Shown piece after piece: positions 29,469-37,351 of a stretch of DNA of 64,000 bases. This DNA is from Verrucomicrobiota bacterium (GTDB taxonomy: Bacteria; Verrucomicrobiota; Verrucomicrobiia; Opitutales; Cerasicoccaceae). Under the pieces are notes generated by a model. The model was not told where the DNA came from. It did no database searches and was given only the letters and a program-made list of their open reading frames with translations. Position numbers and translations under genes: made by a program. The stretch lies in contig JBCBUK010000002.1 in assembly GCA_039818205.1 (NCBI GenBank), positions 288,001 through 352,000 of the forward strand, in the 5' to 3' direction. How positions within the stretch are numbered: position 1 is the first letter of the stretch; the number at the start of each line of letters is the position of its first letter.

Positions 29469-31433
29469 ATGAACGACCTGAGCAAATACCTGATTGTTTT
29501 CGGGATCTCATTTTTTCTATCTTTCCTGTTAACCCGAGTGATGATCCGGCTTGGGCCTCGTTTTGGTATGATTGATATCCCGGATCAGCGGCGTATTCAC
29601 AAAACGCCAATCCCGCGAGCAGGCGGAGTCGCAGTCTTTATTGCGTTCCACGTTACTGCGTTTATTTTCTATTTATTCGTTTGGCCGAGTTTTTTCCCTT
29701 CGCCGCTAAATTTTGATTGGTGGCTAAGTTTCTTAGTGGCCTCGTCTATTCTCTTTGCCGTCGGGGTCTGGGACGACATCAAAGGCGTTCGGCCGATCGT
29801 CAAGCTATCCGGTCAGGTCTTAGCGGCAGCGACACTGTTTTTCCTCTCTGGAAAGGGCTTTGACAGTATTCTGGGATTTAAAGACATCCCAATGTTCATT
29901 AACTTGCTGTTAACGATAATTTGGTGTGTTGCTCTCATCAACGCCTTTAATCTCATCGATGGCATGGACGGCCTTTGTTCCGGCCTTGCAATCATTTCCT
30001 CGTTGGGAATTGCCGCTGCTTACATTTTGCGCAGCCAGCCAGCGGATTCTTTGATCGTTTTGGCCCTAATTGGTGCGGCATTTGGATTCCTTCGCTACAA
30101 TTTTCACCCAGCTAAGATATTCCTTGGAGATAGTGGCTCCATGTTCTTGGGTTTTACGTTGGCGGCGTTTGCACTCTTTGGCGCTGGTAAGTCAACGGTA
30201 ATGGTGAGCGTTGGTATTCCTTTCATCGCCGCAGGAATCCCCATTATGGATACCGTTCTGGCAATCTGGCGCCGCTCGGCTCGACGTCTGTCGGCTAAGA
30301 TGGAGGGGGATGACGATGGCCCGCATATTATGGGTGCGGACAAAGAACACTTGCATCATCGCCTGCTCGAAGCTGGATTTTCCCAGCGCAAAGTCGCCGT
30401 TATTCTCTACATTGGGAACTTCGCGATGGTGACGGTGGGCCTTTTCTCAGTTTTCATGAGCAAGGCTCTCGTCGGCCTCTTCCTGATTATATTTATCGCT
30501 GGAGTATATGTGGTTGTCCGGCATGTCATTCATGTTGAAATCTGGGACACTGGGCGCTTGATCGCTCAAGGAATTCGTCGCCCTGGACGCGCGCTGTTAG
30601 GCATGATCGTTTACCCGGTTTGGGATTTGATCTGGCTATCGGTTGCGTTGATCACTGCGATGCTTCTGGAGGATCCTAAGTTGGGCTCTCTAATGGACGT
30701 CGGATCTTGGGCGCGCTTGTTACCTGTATGGATTTCTCCGGTGTTCCTAATGCTGGTCCTGGGGAATACCTACTCCCGAGTTTGGTCGCGAAGCAATTTC
30801 CGCGACTATCTGATCCTCTTCTTTTCGTTGATTTCCGGTATTCTCCTGACCTTGGCGTTTTTCTCGGCTGCCGAAGCTGATATTCGGATGGCAAACGTAC
30901 GCGTTAGCATCACCTTCGCTTTCCTTGGTATGATCGGAATTTTTGGCATCCGCGTGATTCTCCAGACATTTCGAGAGTGGATGCTCATTGCTTCGTTCGA
31001 TGATCGCCTAGGCAGCAGATATCTCGTGAAGCATATCCTCCTTTACGGAGCGGGTAATCGCGGCGCACTCTATTTGCGTGAACTTCGCTTGATTCATCCC
31101 GACGAAATGGCCACGCGCAAGATTATCGGTTTCCTCGATGACAACACGAATTTACGCCAGCGCTTTCTTCATGGCGTGCGCGTCATGGGTTGTTTAGACG
31201 AGTTAGAACACATCATCAGTGAAAATGACATCGATGAAATCGTCATTACTGCAGATCTCTTATCCGCACATGAGACTCGTCTAAAGGAGATTGCGGCGCG
31301 ACACGAAGTAGCGGTTAGCGAATGGAAAACCCATTTGAGCGAGGTCGATTTGAGTAATCTTAAGTCGCGAGCAATTGACGATATCGCATCGAGCACGAAG
31401 GAACACACAGAAAAGACTGCCTCCGAGGATTGA
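29469..31433 (+). CDS. WecA/MraY-family phosphoglycosyltransferase fused to a PglF/WcaJ-type TM plus Rossmann (CoA-binding) module
   Basis: 'D.PD.RRIHK.PIPR.GG', 'GVWDD', 'NAFNLIDGMDGL', 'IFLGDSGS' and 'HLHHRL', followed by 4 TM segments and 'LLYGAG.RG...IGFLDD...G'. Confidence 0.85.
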   Translation: MNDLSKYLIVFGISFFLSFLLTRVMIRLGPRFGMIDIPDQRRIHKTPIPRAGGVAVFIAFHVTAFIFYLFVWPSFFPSPLNFDWWLSFLVASSILFAVGVWDDIKGVRPIVKLSGQVLAAATLFFLSGKGFDSILGFKDIPMFINLLLTIIWCVALINAFNLIDGMDGLCSGLAIISSLGIAAAYILRSQPADSLIVLALIGAAFGFLRYNFHPAKIFLGDSGSMFLGFTLAAFALFGAGKSTVMVSVGIPFIAAGIPIMDTVLAIWRRSARRLSAKMEGDDDGPHIMGADKEHLHHRLLEAGFSQRKVAVILYIGNFAMVTVGLFSVFMSKALVGLFLIIFIAGVYVVVRHVIHVEIWDTGRLIAQGIRRPGRALLGMIVYPVWDLIWLSVALITAMLLEDPKLGSLMDVGSWARLLPVWISPVFLMLVLGNTYSRVWSRSNFRDYLILFFSLISGILLTLAFFSAAEADIRMANVRVSITFAFLGMIGIFGIRVILQTFREWMLIASFDDRLGSRYLVKHILLYGAGNRGALYLRELRLIHPDEMATRKIIGFLDDNTNLRQRFLHGVRVMGCLDELEHIISENDIDEIVITADLLSAHETRLKEIAARHEVAVSEWKTHLSEVDLSNLKSRAIDDIASSTKEHTEKTASED

Positions 31434-31468
31434 GCAGTCCTGAGAAACTTTATACGAAGATTTTTGAT

Positions 31469-32776
31469 ATGACTACTACACCTATTGAACAACGCCCTAT
31501 TGTTGTTATCGGACTCGGCTATGTTGGATTACCATTAGCCTTGTGCTTCGCTCGAAAGTTTAAAGTGACTGGATTTGATGTTCGGGCAGAACGTGTCCAG
31601 CAGCTTGAGTCTGGATTTGATGCCACGGGTGAGGCAAGTGAAGAAGACTTGCGAGCAAGCTCTCTCCAGTATTCTACGGATCCTGAGAGTTTGAAAGAGT
31701 CCGATGTTTTTGTAGTCACGGTTCCAACACCAATTGATGCACACCGGCGGCCAGACCTTGCTGCGGTGCGTGCCGCGAGCAGAACCGTTGGCAAAGCCCT
31801 GCGGCCAGGGGCTGTTGTTGTGTACGAATCAACGGTTTATCCTGGCCTCACTGAAGAGGTCTGTGTGCCCATCCTTGAGGAGTGCAGTGGCTTAAAATGG
31901 AAGAAAGACTTCTTCGTCGGTTACTCACCTGAACGCATCAATCCAGGAGATCGTGAGCACACGGTAGACAAGATTATCAAGGTGGTATCCGGTGACACTC
32001 CCGAGACACTTGATTTTGTTGCGGAACTCTACGATGCCGTGATCGACGCGGGTGTTCACCGGGCCGATAGCATCAAGGTCGCCGAAGCCGCGAAGGTTAT
32101 TGAGAATACCCAACGCGATTTGAATATCGCTTTGATGAACGAACTCGCCGTGCTGTTTGATCGTCTGGACATACCGACCGATGCAGTATTACGGGCAGCC
32201 GGAACGAAATGGAATTTCTTGCCGTTTCAACCAGGCTTGGTTGGCGGCCATTGCATTGGAGTTGATCCCTATTATTTGACCCACAAGGCACAAGCGGTGG
32301 GGCATCATCCTGATTTGATTCTGGCAGGCCGCCGCATTAATGACCGCATGGGTGCCTACATTGGGGAACAGGTGATCCATGGAATCATTAATAATGGTGG
32401 TACGGTAAAGGGCGCGCGCGTCTTGGTGTTGGGGTGGACTTTTAAAGAGAACGTCCCGGACACCAGAAACACCAAAGTTGTCGATGTCTACCAGCACCTG
32501 AAAGAATTTGGAATTGATCCAATAGTATGCGATCCGATGGCCGATCCCGAGGAAGTTCGAGAGGAATACGGCGTCGAGATTTACTCTGAGATTCCGTCCG
32601 ATATGGTTTTTGCAGGAATCCTTGGAGCGGTTCGTCATGAGAAGTTCAACGAGATGGTTAACCTCGAGGCCATGCGGGAAAAATGCCCGGGAGAACAGCC
32701 GATTCTTGTCGACGTTAGAGGGATGTTTGATCGCGATGAAGCCGCGCGGGCAGGGTTCTCCTACTGGCGCCTCTAG
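31469..32776 (+). CDS. UDP-N-acetylhexosamine 6-dehydrogenase (TviB/WbpO family)
   Basis: 'IGLGYVGLP', 'VPTP', 'YESTVYPG', 'SPERINPG', 'KVIENTQRD' and 'GGHCIGVDP' motifs. Confidence 0.93.
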   Translation: MTTTPIEQRPIVVIGLGYVGLPLALCFARKFKVTGFDVRAERVQQLESGFDATGEASEEDLRASSLQYSTDPESLKESDVFVVTVPTPIDAHRRPDLAAVRAASRTVGKALRPGAVVVYESTVYPGLTEEVCVPILEECSGLKWKKDFFVGYSPERINPGDREHTVDKIIKVVSGDTPETLDFVAELYDAVIDAGVHRADSIKVAEAAKVIENTQRDLNIALMNELAVLFDRLDIPTDAVLRAAGTKWNFLPFQPGLVGGHCIGVDPYYLTHKAQAVGHHPDLILAGRRINDRMGAYIGEQVIHGIINNGGTVKGARVLVLGWTFKENVPDTRNTKVVDVYQHLKEFGIDPIVCDPMADPEEVREEYGVEIYSEIPSDMVFAGILGAVRHEKFNEMVNLEAMREKCPGEQPILVDVRGMFDRDEAARAGFSYWRL

Positions 32777-32803
32777 TTCCTCAGCTGTCAGCCCGTCTTG
32801 TTT

Positions 32804-33400
32804 ATGAAGCGCATGTTTGATTTTTTATTTGCTGTTGCGCTTCTAGTTGCCCTGAGCCCCTTGCTTTTGACGCTTGTCTTCTTGGTCCGCTTCAAGATTG
32901 GAAGCCCAGTTTTTTTTACTCAGGACCGACCGGGTTTGAACGGATCAGTATTTCAGCTGATCAAGTTTCGCAGCATGACGAACGACGTTGGCGTAGATGG
33001 TCAGTTGCTGCCCGATGCGGAGCGACTGACATCGTTTGGGCGTTGGCTGCGTTCCTCGAGCCTGGATGAGTTACCAGAACTGTGGAACATCCTGCGCGGT
33101 GATATGAGTTTTATTGGTCCACGCCCACTATTGGTTCGCTACCTGGAGCGGTATTCTCCGGAGCAGGCGCGGCGCCATGAAGTTCGACCTGGCATTACAG
33201 GTTGGGCACAGGTGAATGGAAGGAATACGATATCTTGGGAAGACCGTTTTCGCCTCGATGTTTGGTACGTGGACAATCATAGCCTCTGGTTGGATGTGAA
33301 AATTGTTTGGATGACCGTGGCGAAAGTTTTGAAGCGTGAGGGGATCTCGCCGGAGGGCGCTGAGATAATGCCTGAGTTTATGGGCACAAGAGACGACTAG
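32804..33400 (+). CDS. pglC: Monotopic phosphoglycosyltransferase (PglC-like sugar transferase)
   Basis: 'MKRMFD', 'KFRSM', 'SLDELPELWN.L.GDMS..GPRPL' and 'RPGITGWAQVNGRN' motifs. Confidence 0.9.
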   Translation: MKRMFDFLFAVALLVALSPLLLTLVFLVRFKIGSPVFFTQDRPGLNGSVFQLIKFRSMTNDVGVDGQLLPDAERLTSFGRWLRSSSLDELPELWNILRGDMSFIGPRPLLVRYLERYSPEQARRHEVRPGITGWAQVNGRNTISWEDRFRLDVWYVDNHSLWLDVKIVWMTVAKVLKREGISPEGAEIMPEFMGTRDD

Positions 33401-33406
33401 ACGGCC

Positions 33407-33829
33407 ATGTTTTCGTTTCATCATATCGGTTATCTAGCGGCCAACTTGGAAAAGGCGAAATCCCATTGGATTGAACTCTATGGTTGCACACCCGACGGTG
33501 GGGATATCCATGATGTCGGTCAGCAAGCACGCGTTTGTCTACTGCGTCAACCTGGTCTCGCGGGTTGGGTCGAGCTCATTGCCCCGGACAGTGAGTCCAG
33601 TCACTTACAAAAAGCTTTGCGAAGCAAAGTGAGCTTGCATCACCTAGCCTATGCGGTCGATGACTTTGGGCAGGCGATTGATCGTCTACGTAAGGCTGGC
33701 TGCGTTCCTCTTTGCAAGCCCACCATTGGCATGGCTTTCCAGCGCGAGATAATTTGGTTTCACGACCCCGAACGCGGCTTAGTCGAACTGATTGCGCCTG
33801 GCTCGGGACCTTATCAACTTAACTCCTAA
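33407..33829 (+). CDS. VOC-family protein (methylmalonyl-CoA epimerase-like)
   Basis: Metal-ligand pattern 'FHHIG', 'VELI', 'LHHLAY', 'LVELI'. Confidence 0.8.
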   Translation: MFSFHHIGYLAANLEKAKSHWIELYGCTPDGGDIHDVGQQARVCLLRQPGLAGWVELIAPDSESSHLQKALRSKVSLHHLAYAVDDFGQAIDRLRKAGCVPLCKPTIGMAFQREIIWFHDPERGLVELIAPGSGPYQLNS

Positions 33830-33833
33830 ATCG

Positions 33834-34511
33834 ATGTCGACACCCTTAGTAATTATCGGAGCGGGCGGATTTTCCCTTGAGGCAATATGGTTGGCCAATG
33901 CCATGAATGATGCGGGCACCGGTGATTGGTCGATCGTTGGTCTAGCTGACGATGGCGTGGCTGCTGGTGAGACCGTTGGGGGATTTCAGGTGCTTGGCGC
34001 ACCCCGGGAAGTTGTTCCTACGCTGCCGCCAGACACGGCTTTCCACATCGCGATCGGCGACAATCGCGTGCGACTTCGAGTTGCGGCAGAGCTGATCGTT
34101 GCCGGTCTGAAGCCAGCGAGCTTGATCAGCCCCAAGGCGGTTATTGCCGAAAAGGTCGAGATTGGGCCAGGAAGTTTTGTCGGACATTTTGTCTCGCTCG
34201 CCCCTGAAGTGCGGATAGGCGCCCAGTGCCTAATCAATGTTTCGGCGGTCGTTGGGCACGAAGCGGTGCTGGCAGATGGTGTCCAAGTGTGCCCAGGCGC
34301 AGTCGTCACCGGTCGCTGCCAGGCAGGCGAGGGCGCATTCGTTGGAAGCAATGCAGTGCTTAGTCCCGAAGTCACTATCGGAGCCTGGTCGCGCGTGTCG
34401 GCAAATACCTTCGCCGCAACGAATGTCGACGATGGCGTTACCCTCGCTACCATGCCGGGTCGCCCGGTTTTTTCCCGACGTCGCGAGCGCAAGCCCAGCA
34501 CGACCGATTAA
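33834..34511 (+). CDS. PglD/NeuD/PerB-type sugar N-acyltransferase (left-handed beta-helix)
   Basis: N-terminal Rossmann 'IIGAGG', 'IAIGDNRVR', hexapeptide repeats and a catalytic-His-like 'VVGHE'. Confidence 0.85.
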   Translation: MSTPLVIIGAGGFSLEAIWLANAMNDAGTGDWSIVGLADDGVAAGETVGGFQVLGAPREVVPTLPPDTAFHIAIGDNRVRLRVAAELIVAGLKPASLISPKAVIAEKVEIGPGSFVGHFVSLAPEVRIGAQCLINVSAVVGHEAVLADGVQVCPGAVVTGRCQAGEGAFVGSNAVLSPEVTIGAWSRVSANTFAATNVDDGVTLATMPGRPVFSRRRERKPSTTD

Positions 34512-34518
34512 GCCGATC

Positions 34519-34549
34519 TTGACAATCCTGCGCTCCTATTCGCTATCAT
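34519..34549 (+). promoter_or_regulatory. Possible sigma70 promoter TTGACA-N19-TATCAT just ahead of the ACP gene
   Basis: Perfect -35 box (34519-34524) and near-consensus -10 box (34544-34549), but the spacer is long at 19 nt. Confidence 0.35.
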
Positions 34550-34556
34550 CCCTACA

Positions 34557-34787
34557 ATGAAAGAAAAACTCCGCACCGTTGTTATCGAGCAGTTGAAGAT
34601 TGACCCGAGCGTATACTCCGAAGACTTGGGTGCTGGCGATATCCCTGAGTGGGACTCACTCGCTCATATGAATTTGATTATGGCGGTAGAGCGGGAGTTC
34701 AAAGTGACTTTTGATGTCGCCGATGCCGTCGACCTTGAAACCATTGGTGACTTTGAAGACGCATTGTCCCGCTACCAGAACTCCTGA
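34557..34787 (+). CDS. Acyl carrier protein (RfbK/WbeK-like)
   Basis: 76 aa acidic protein with the phosphopantetheine site 'WDSLAHM.LI..VE..F.V.F'. Confidence 0.92.
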   Translation: MKEKLRTVVIEQLKIDPSVYSEDLGAGDIPEWDSLAHMNLIMAVEREFKVTFDVADAVDLETIGDFEDALSRYQNS

Positions 34788-34801
34788 AGGCACCCCGAGC
34801 G

Positions 34802-36220
34802 GTGCTCGATTTATCAGTGATTAACGAGCACAGTCACTGGACCTTAGCAGACATCCTTGACCGCGGAAGTGACCGTTGGTCGAGCCGTGTCGCCGTTGCT
34901 GACGCAGCGGGCTCATCGACCTATAATGAGTTGGCCGATCGGTCGCGGCGTTTAGCAAACTGGTTGACTACGCAGGGCGTTGAGGCAGGAGATCGCGTTC
35001 TGCTCTCACTGCCGAATTCGGTCCGATTTGTCGAAGCCCTTTTCGCGGTTCAGTTCGCAGGTGCGGTATCGGTACCATTGGATCCCACCTTGGCGCTTCC
35101 GCAGCGCCAAGCCATTGAGCAAAGCGCGACACCCAAGTTTGCCTTAGATGACAATACGCCCTGGGAAGAAGCGTTCAACCCGAGCCCGATACCATCGATT
35201 GTTCGACGTGGCCCCAGTGATTTGGCCGCGCTTATGTATACGACTGGGACGACCGGTGAACCCAAGGGGGTGATGCTCACCCACCGCAATATTTTCGCGG
35301 CCCTACGCAACATTATCGAGTTTGTTGGCTACACTGAGCGTGATCGCGAAGTCGTTACGTTACCGCTATCGCACAATTTTGGTCTTGGACATGTTTATTG
35401 TAATCTGTTTGTCGGCGGTGCGGTTTTCCTCGAGCCGGGACTAAGCCGAGTTGGGCGGGTGCTCAAAGCCATTGAGTCATTTGGTGCGACCGGGTTTCCT
35501 ACAACGCCGCTTGGCGTTGGCTTGTTGCTGGATCGCTATGGAGAAGTCTTTGCCGAACGGGCGAAGGGTTTGCGCTTCATGGTCGTTAATTCTGCTCCGC
35601 TGCCGCCCGAACGGACAGCGCAACTGCAGAAGTGTATGCCGAAGCTCGACATCATGGTCTACTACGGTTTGACGGAAGCCTCTCGATCAACCTTCATTTC
35701 GCTCAGTCAGGAAGGTCCCGATCGCTATGCTTCGGTAGGGCCTGCGATGAACGGCGTCAAGGTGAAGCTCGATGAGCAGGGGCAGGTTGTCATTGGTGGC
35801 CCGACCGTAACTCAGGGATATTGGGACTCTCCCGAGCAAACGAATCAAGCGATTAAGAGTGGTGAGCTTCACACGGGCGATCTCGGTCGATTTGATGACG
35901 ATGGCTATCTTTATATTGTCGGGCGGCAGAACGACCTCATCAACTTGGGGGGCTACAAGATAAATCCCATGACGGTCGAGCGCGTCGTCGAAGGGTTCGT
36001 TGGCGTTCAAGAGTGTGGGGTAGCGGGGGTTGATGCCATCAAGGCATTTGTCGTCGCCGAGACCGAATTTGATGAAGACGCTCTCACGCGTCATTGCCGG
36101 GAGTATCTGCAGAACCATGAGGTCCCAAGCGCCTTTGTCTGTGTTGATAAGTTGCCGCGAACCGATAGCGGTAAGCTCAAGCGGCAAGACTTGCTAAAAC
36201 TGGATTGTCCGATTGGCTAA
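34802..36220 (+). CDS. Class I adenylate-forming enzyme / acyl-ACP ligase (RfbL/WbeL-like)
   Basis: 'YTTGTTGEPKGV', 'YGLTE', 'TGDLG', 'GR..DLI..GG' and 'LPRTDSGK' motifs. GTG start. Confidence 0.9.
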   Translation: MLDLSVINEHSHWTLADILDRGSDRWSSRVAVADAAGSSTYNELADRSRRLANWLTTQGVEAGDRVLLSLPNSVRFVEALFAVQFAGAVSVPLDPTLALPQRQAIEQSATPKFALDDNTPWEEAFNPSPIPSIVRRGPSDLAALMYTTGTTGEPKGVMLTHRNIFAALRNIIEFVGYTERDREVVTLPLSHNFGLGHVYCNLFVGGAVFLEPGLSRVGRVLKAIESFGATGFPTTPLGVGLLLDRYGEVFAERAKGLRFMVVNSAPLPPERTAQLQKCMPKLDIMVYYGLTEASRSTFISLSQEGPDRYASVGPAMNGVKVKLDEQGQVVIGGPTVTQGYWDSPEQTNQAIKSGELHTGDLGRFDDDGYLYIVGRQNDLINLGGYKINPMTVERVVEGFVGVQECGVAGVDAIKAFVVAETEFDEDALTRHCREYLQNHEVPSAFVCVDKLPRTDSGKLKRQDLLKLDCPIG

Positions 36221-36226
36221 TAGCTG

Positions 36227-37351
36227 ATGTTGCAATTACGCGTTCCTTTACCCCGTTTTGTTTCCGCTGGAGAAGTCCTTGGTGGTGCCGGCTCGATTGG
36301 AGCATTGCGTGCCCTCGACGCTGCGAGGGTTGCCGTGCTGGCTTCGCCGTCGGTTCTTTCAAAACATGGCGAGCTCCTTAAACGGTCGATGGGTGCGGAG
36401 GCCGTAGAGCTGATTGGGATGCCCAGGGGAGAGCCTGCCCTTGGAAAGCTGGCTCCAGTGCTTGCGCAGATGGAGAGTTTTCAACCGGATTGGATAGTCG
36501 CAGTGGGCGGCGGTTCAGTGCTCGATGGTGCTAAGATCGCCTGGATCTTTTACGAGCACCCAGCTGTGGATCACGATCGCATATTCCGCGTTGGTGGAGT
36601 GCCAACTTTGCGTGGCAAAGCTCGGCTTGTTGCCGTTCCAACAACGACTGGAACTGGATCTGAGGTGAGCTCATCAGCACTACTCTTAGACGATAGGACT
36701 GGGTCCAAGCGAGCGTTAGTCTCCCACGACTTGCTGCCCGATGTGGCGATACTTGACCCACGCCTAGCAGTCGGATGCCCAAGAGACGTGATTGTGAATG
36801 CCGGTATGGATGCCCTGGCCCATGCGGTGGAAAGCTATGTCTCGCGCCTGAAAAATCCTCTAGCGGATTCATTGGCGGAGAAGGCTGCGTCGGAAATTCT
36901 TTCAGCCTTACCCAGCTTTGCCAAACAGCCAGAGGACGAGCGCCTTTGCGAAAAGATGATGAACTCATCCTTGCTTGCAGGCTGGGTTCAAAATCAGAAG
37001 GTTCCTGGTGTCGGGCACGCAATCGCGCATCAACTCGGTGGCTTTGGTGTCGCCCATGGTCACGCAACAGGTCGCCTCCTTGCGCCAGCAATTACCTATA
37101 ACTGCCAAAGCGCCGAGGTGCGCCAACAATATGATTCTTTGGCTAATGCAGTTGGCTTGTCGTCGGCTGAGGAGTTGGCCGAGAAAATCCGGTCTTTGGT
37201 CGAGACCCTTGAGATGCCAGCCCTCGATGGAAAGTTCGATGAATCGATGGAATCCATTGTTACCGGAGCGATCGAGGATCCATGCGCACGGATGAATCCG
37301 CTGCCTGTAGAAGCTAAAGCTGTGGAGCAGATACTGGAGGCAAGTCGATGA
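36227..37351 (+). CDS. Iron-containing alcohol dehydrogenase (RfbM/WbeM-like)
   Basis: 'VGGGSVLDGAK', 'PTTTGTGSEV', 'DALAHAVE' and 'GHAIAH....HG' motifs. Confidence 0.92.
   Translation: MLQLRVPLPRFVSAGEVLGGAGSIGALRALDAARVAVLASPSVLSKHGELLKRSMGAEAVELIGMPRGEPALGKLAPVLAQMESFQPDWIVAVGGGSVLDGAKIAWIFYEHPAVDHDRIFRVGGVPTLRGKARLVAVPTTTGTGSEVSSSALLLDDRTGSKRALVSHDLLPDVAILDPRLAVGCPRDVIVNAGMDALAHAVESYVSRLKNPLADSLAEKAASEILSALPSFAKQPEDERLCEKMMNSSLLAGWVQNQKVPGVGHAIAHQLGGFGVAHGHATGRLLAPAITYNCQSAEVRQQYDSLANAVGLSSAEELAEKIRSLVETLEMPALDGKFDESMESIVTGAIEDPCARMNPLPVEAKAVEQILEASR

Noticed and set aside
13580..29700. Homopolymer tracts (T7, C7) in glycan genes as phase-variation sites
   Set aside because: None longer than about 7 nt was seen and all reading frames are intact.
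34557..36220. NRPS/PKS secondary-metabolite cluster
   Set aside because: No condensation, ketosynthase or thioesterase domains; stand-alone ACP and ligase embedded among sugar genes.
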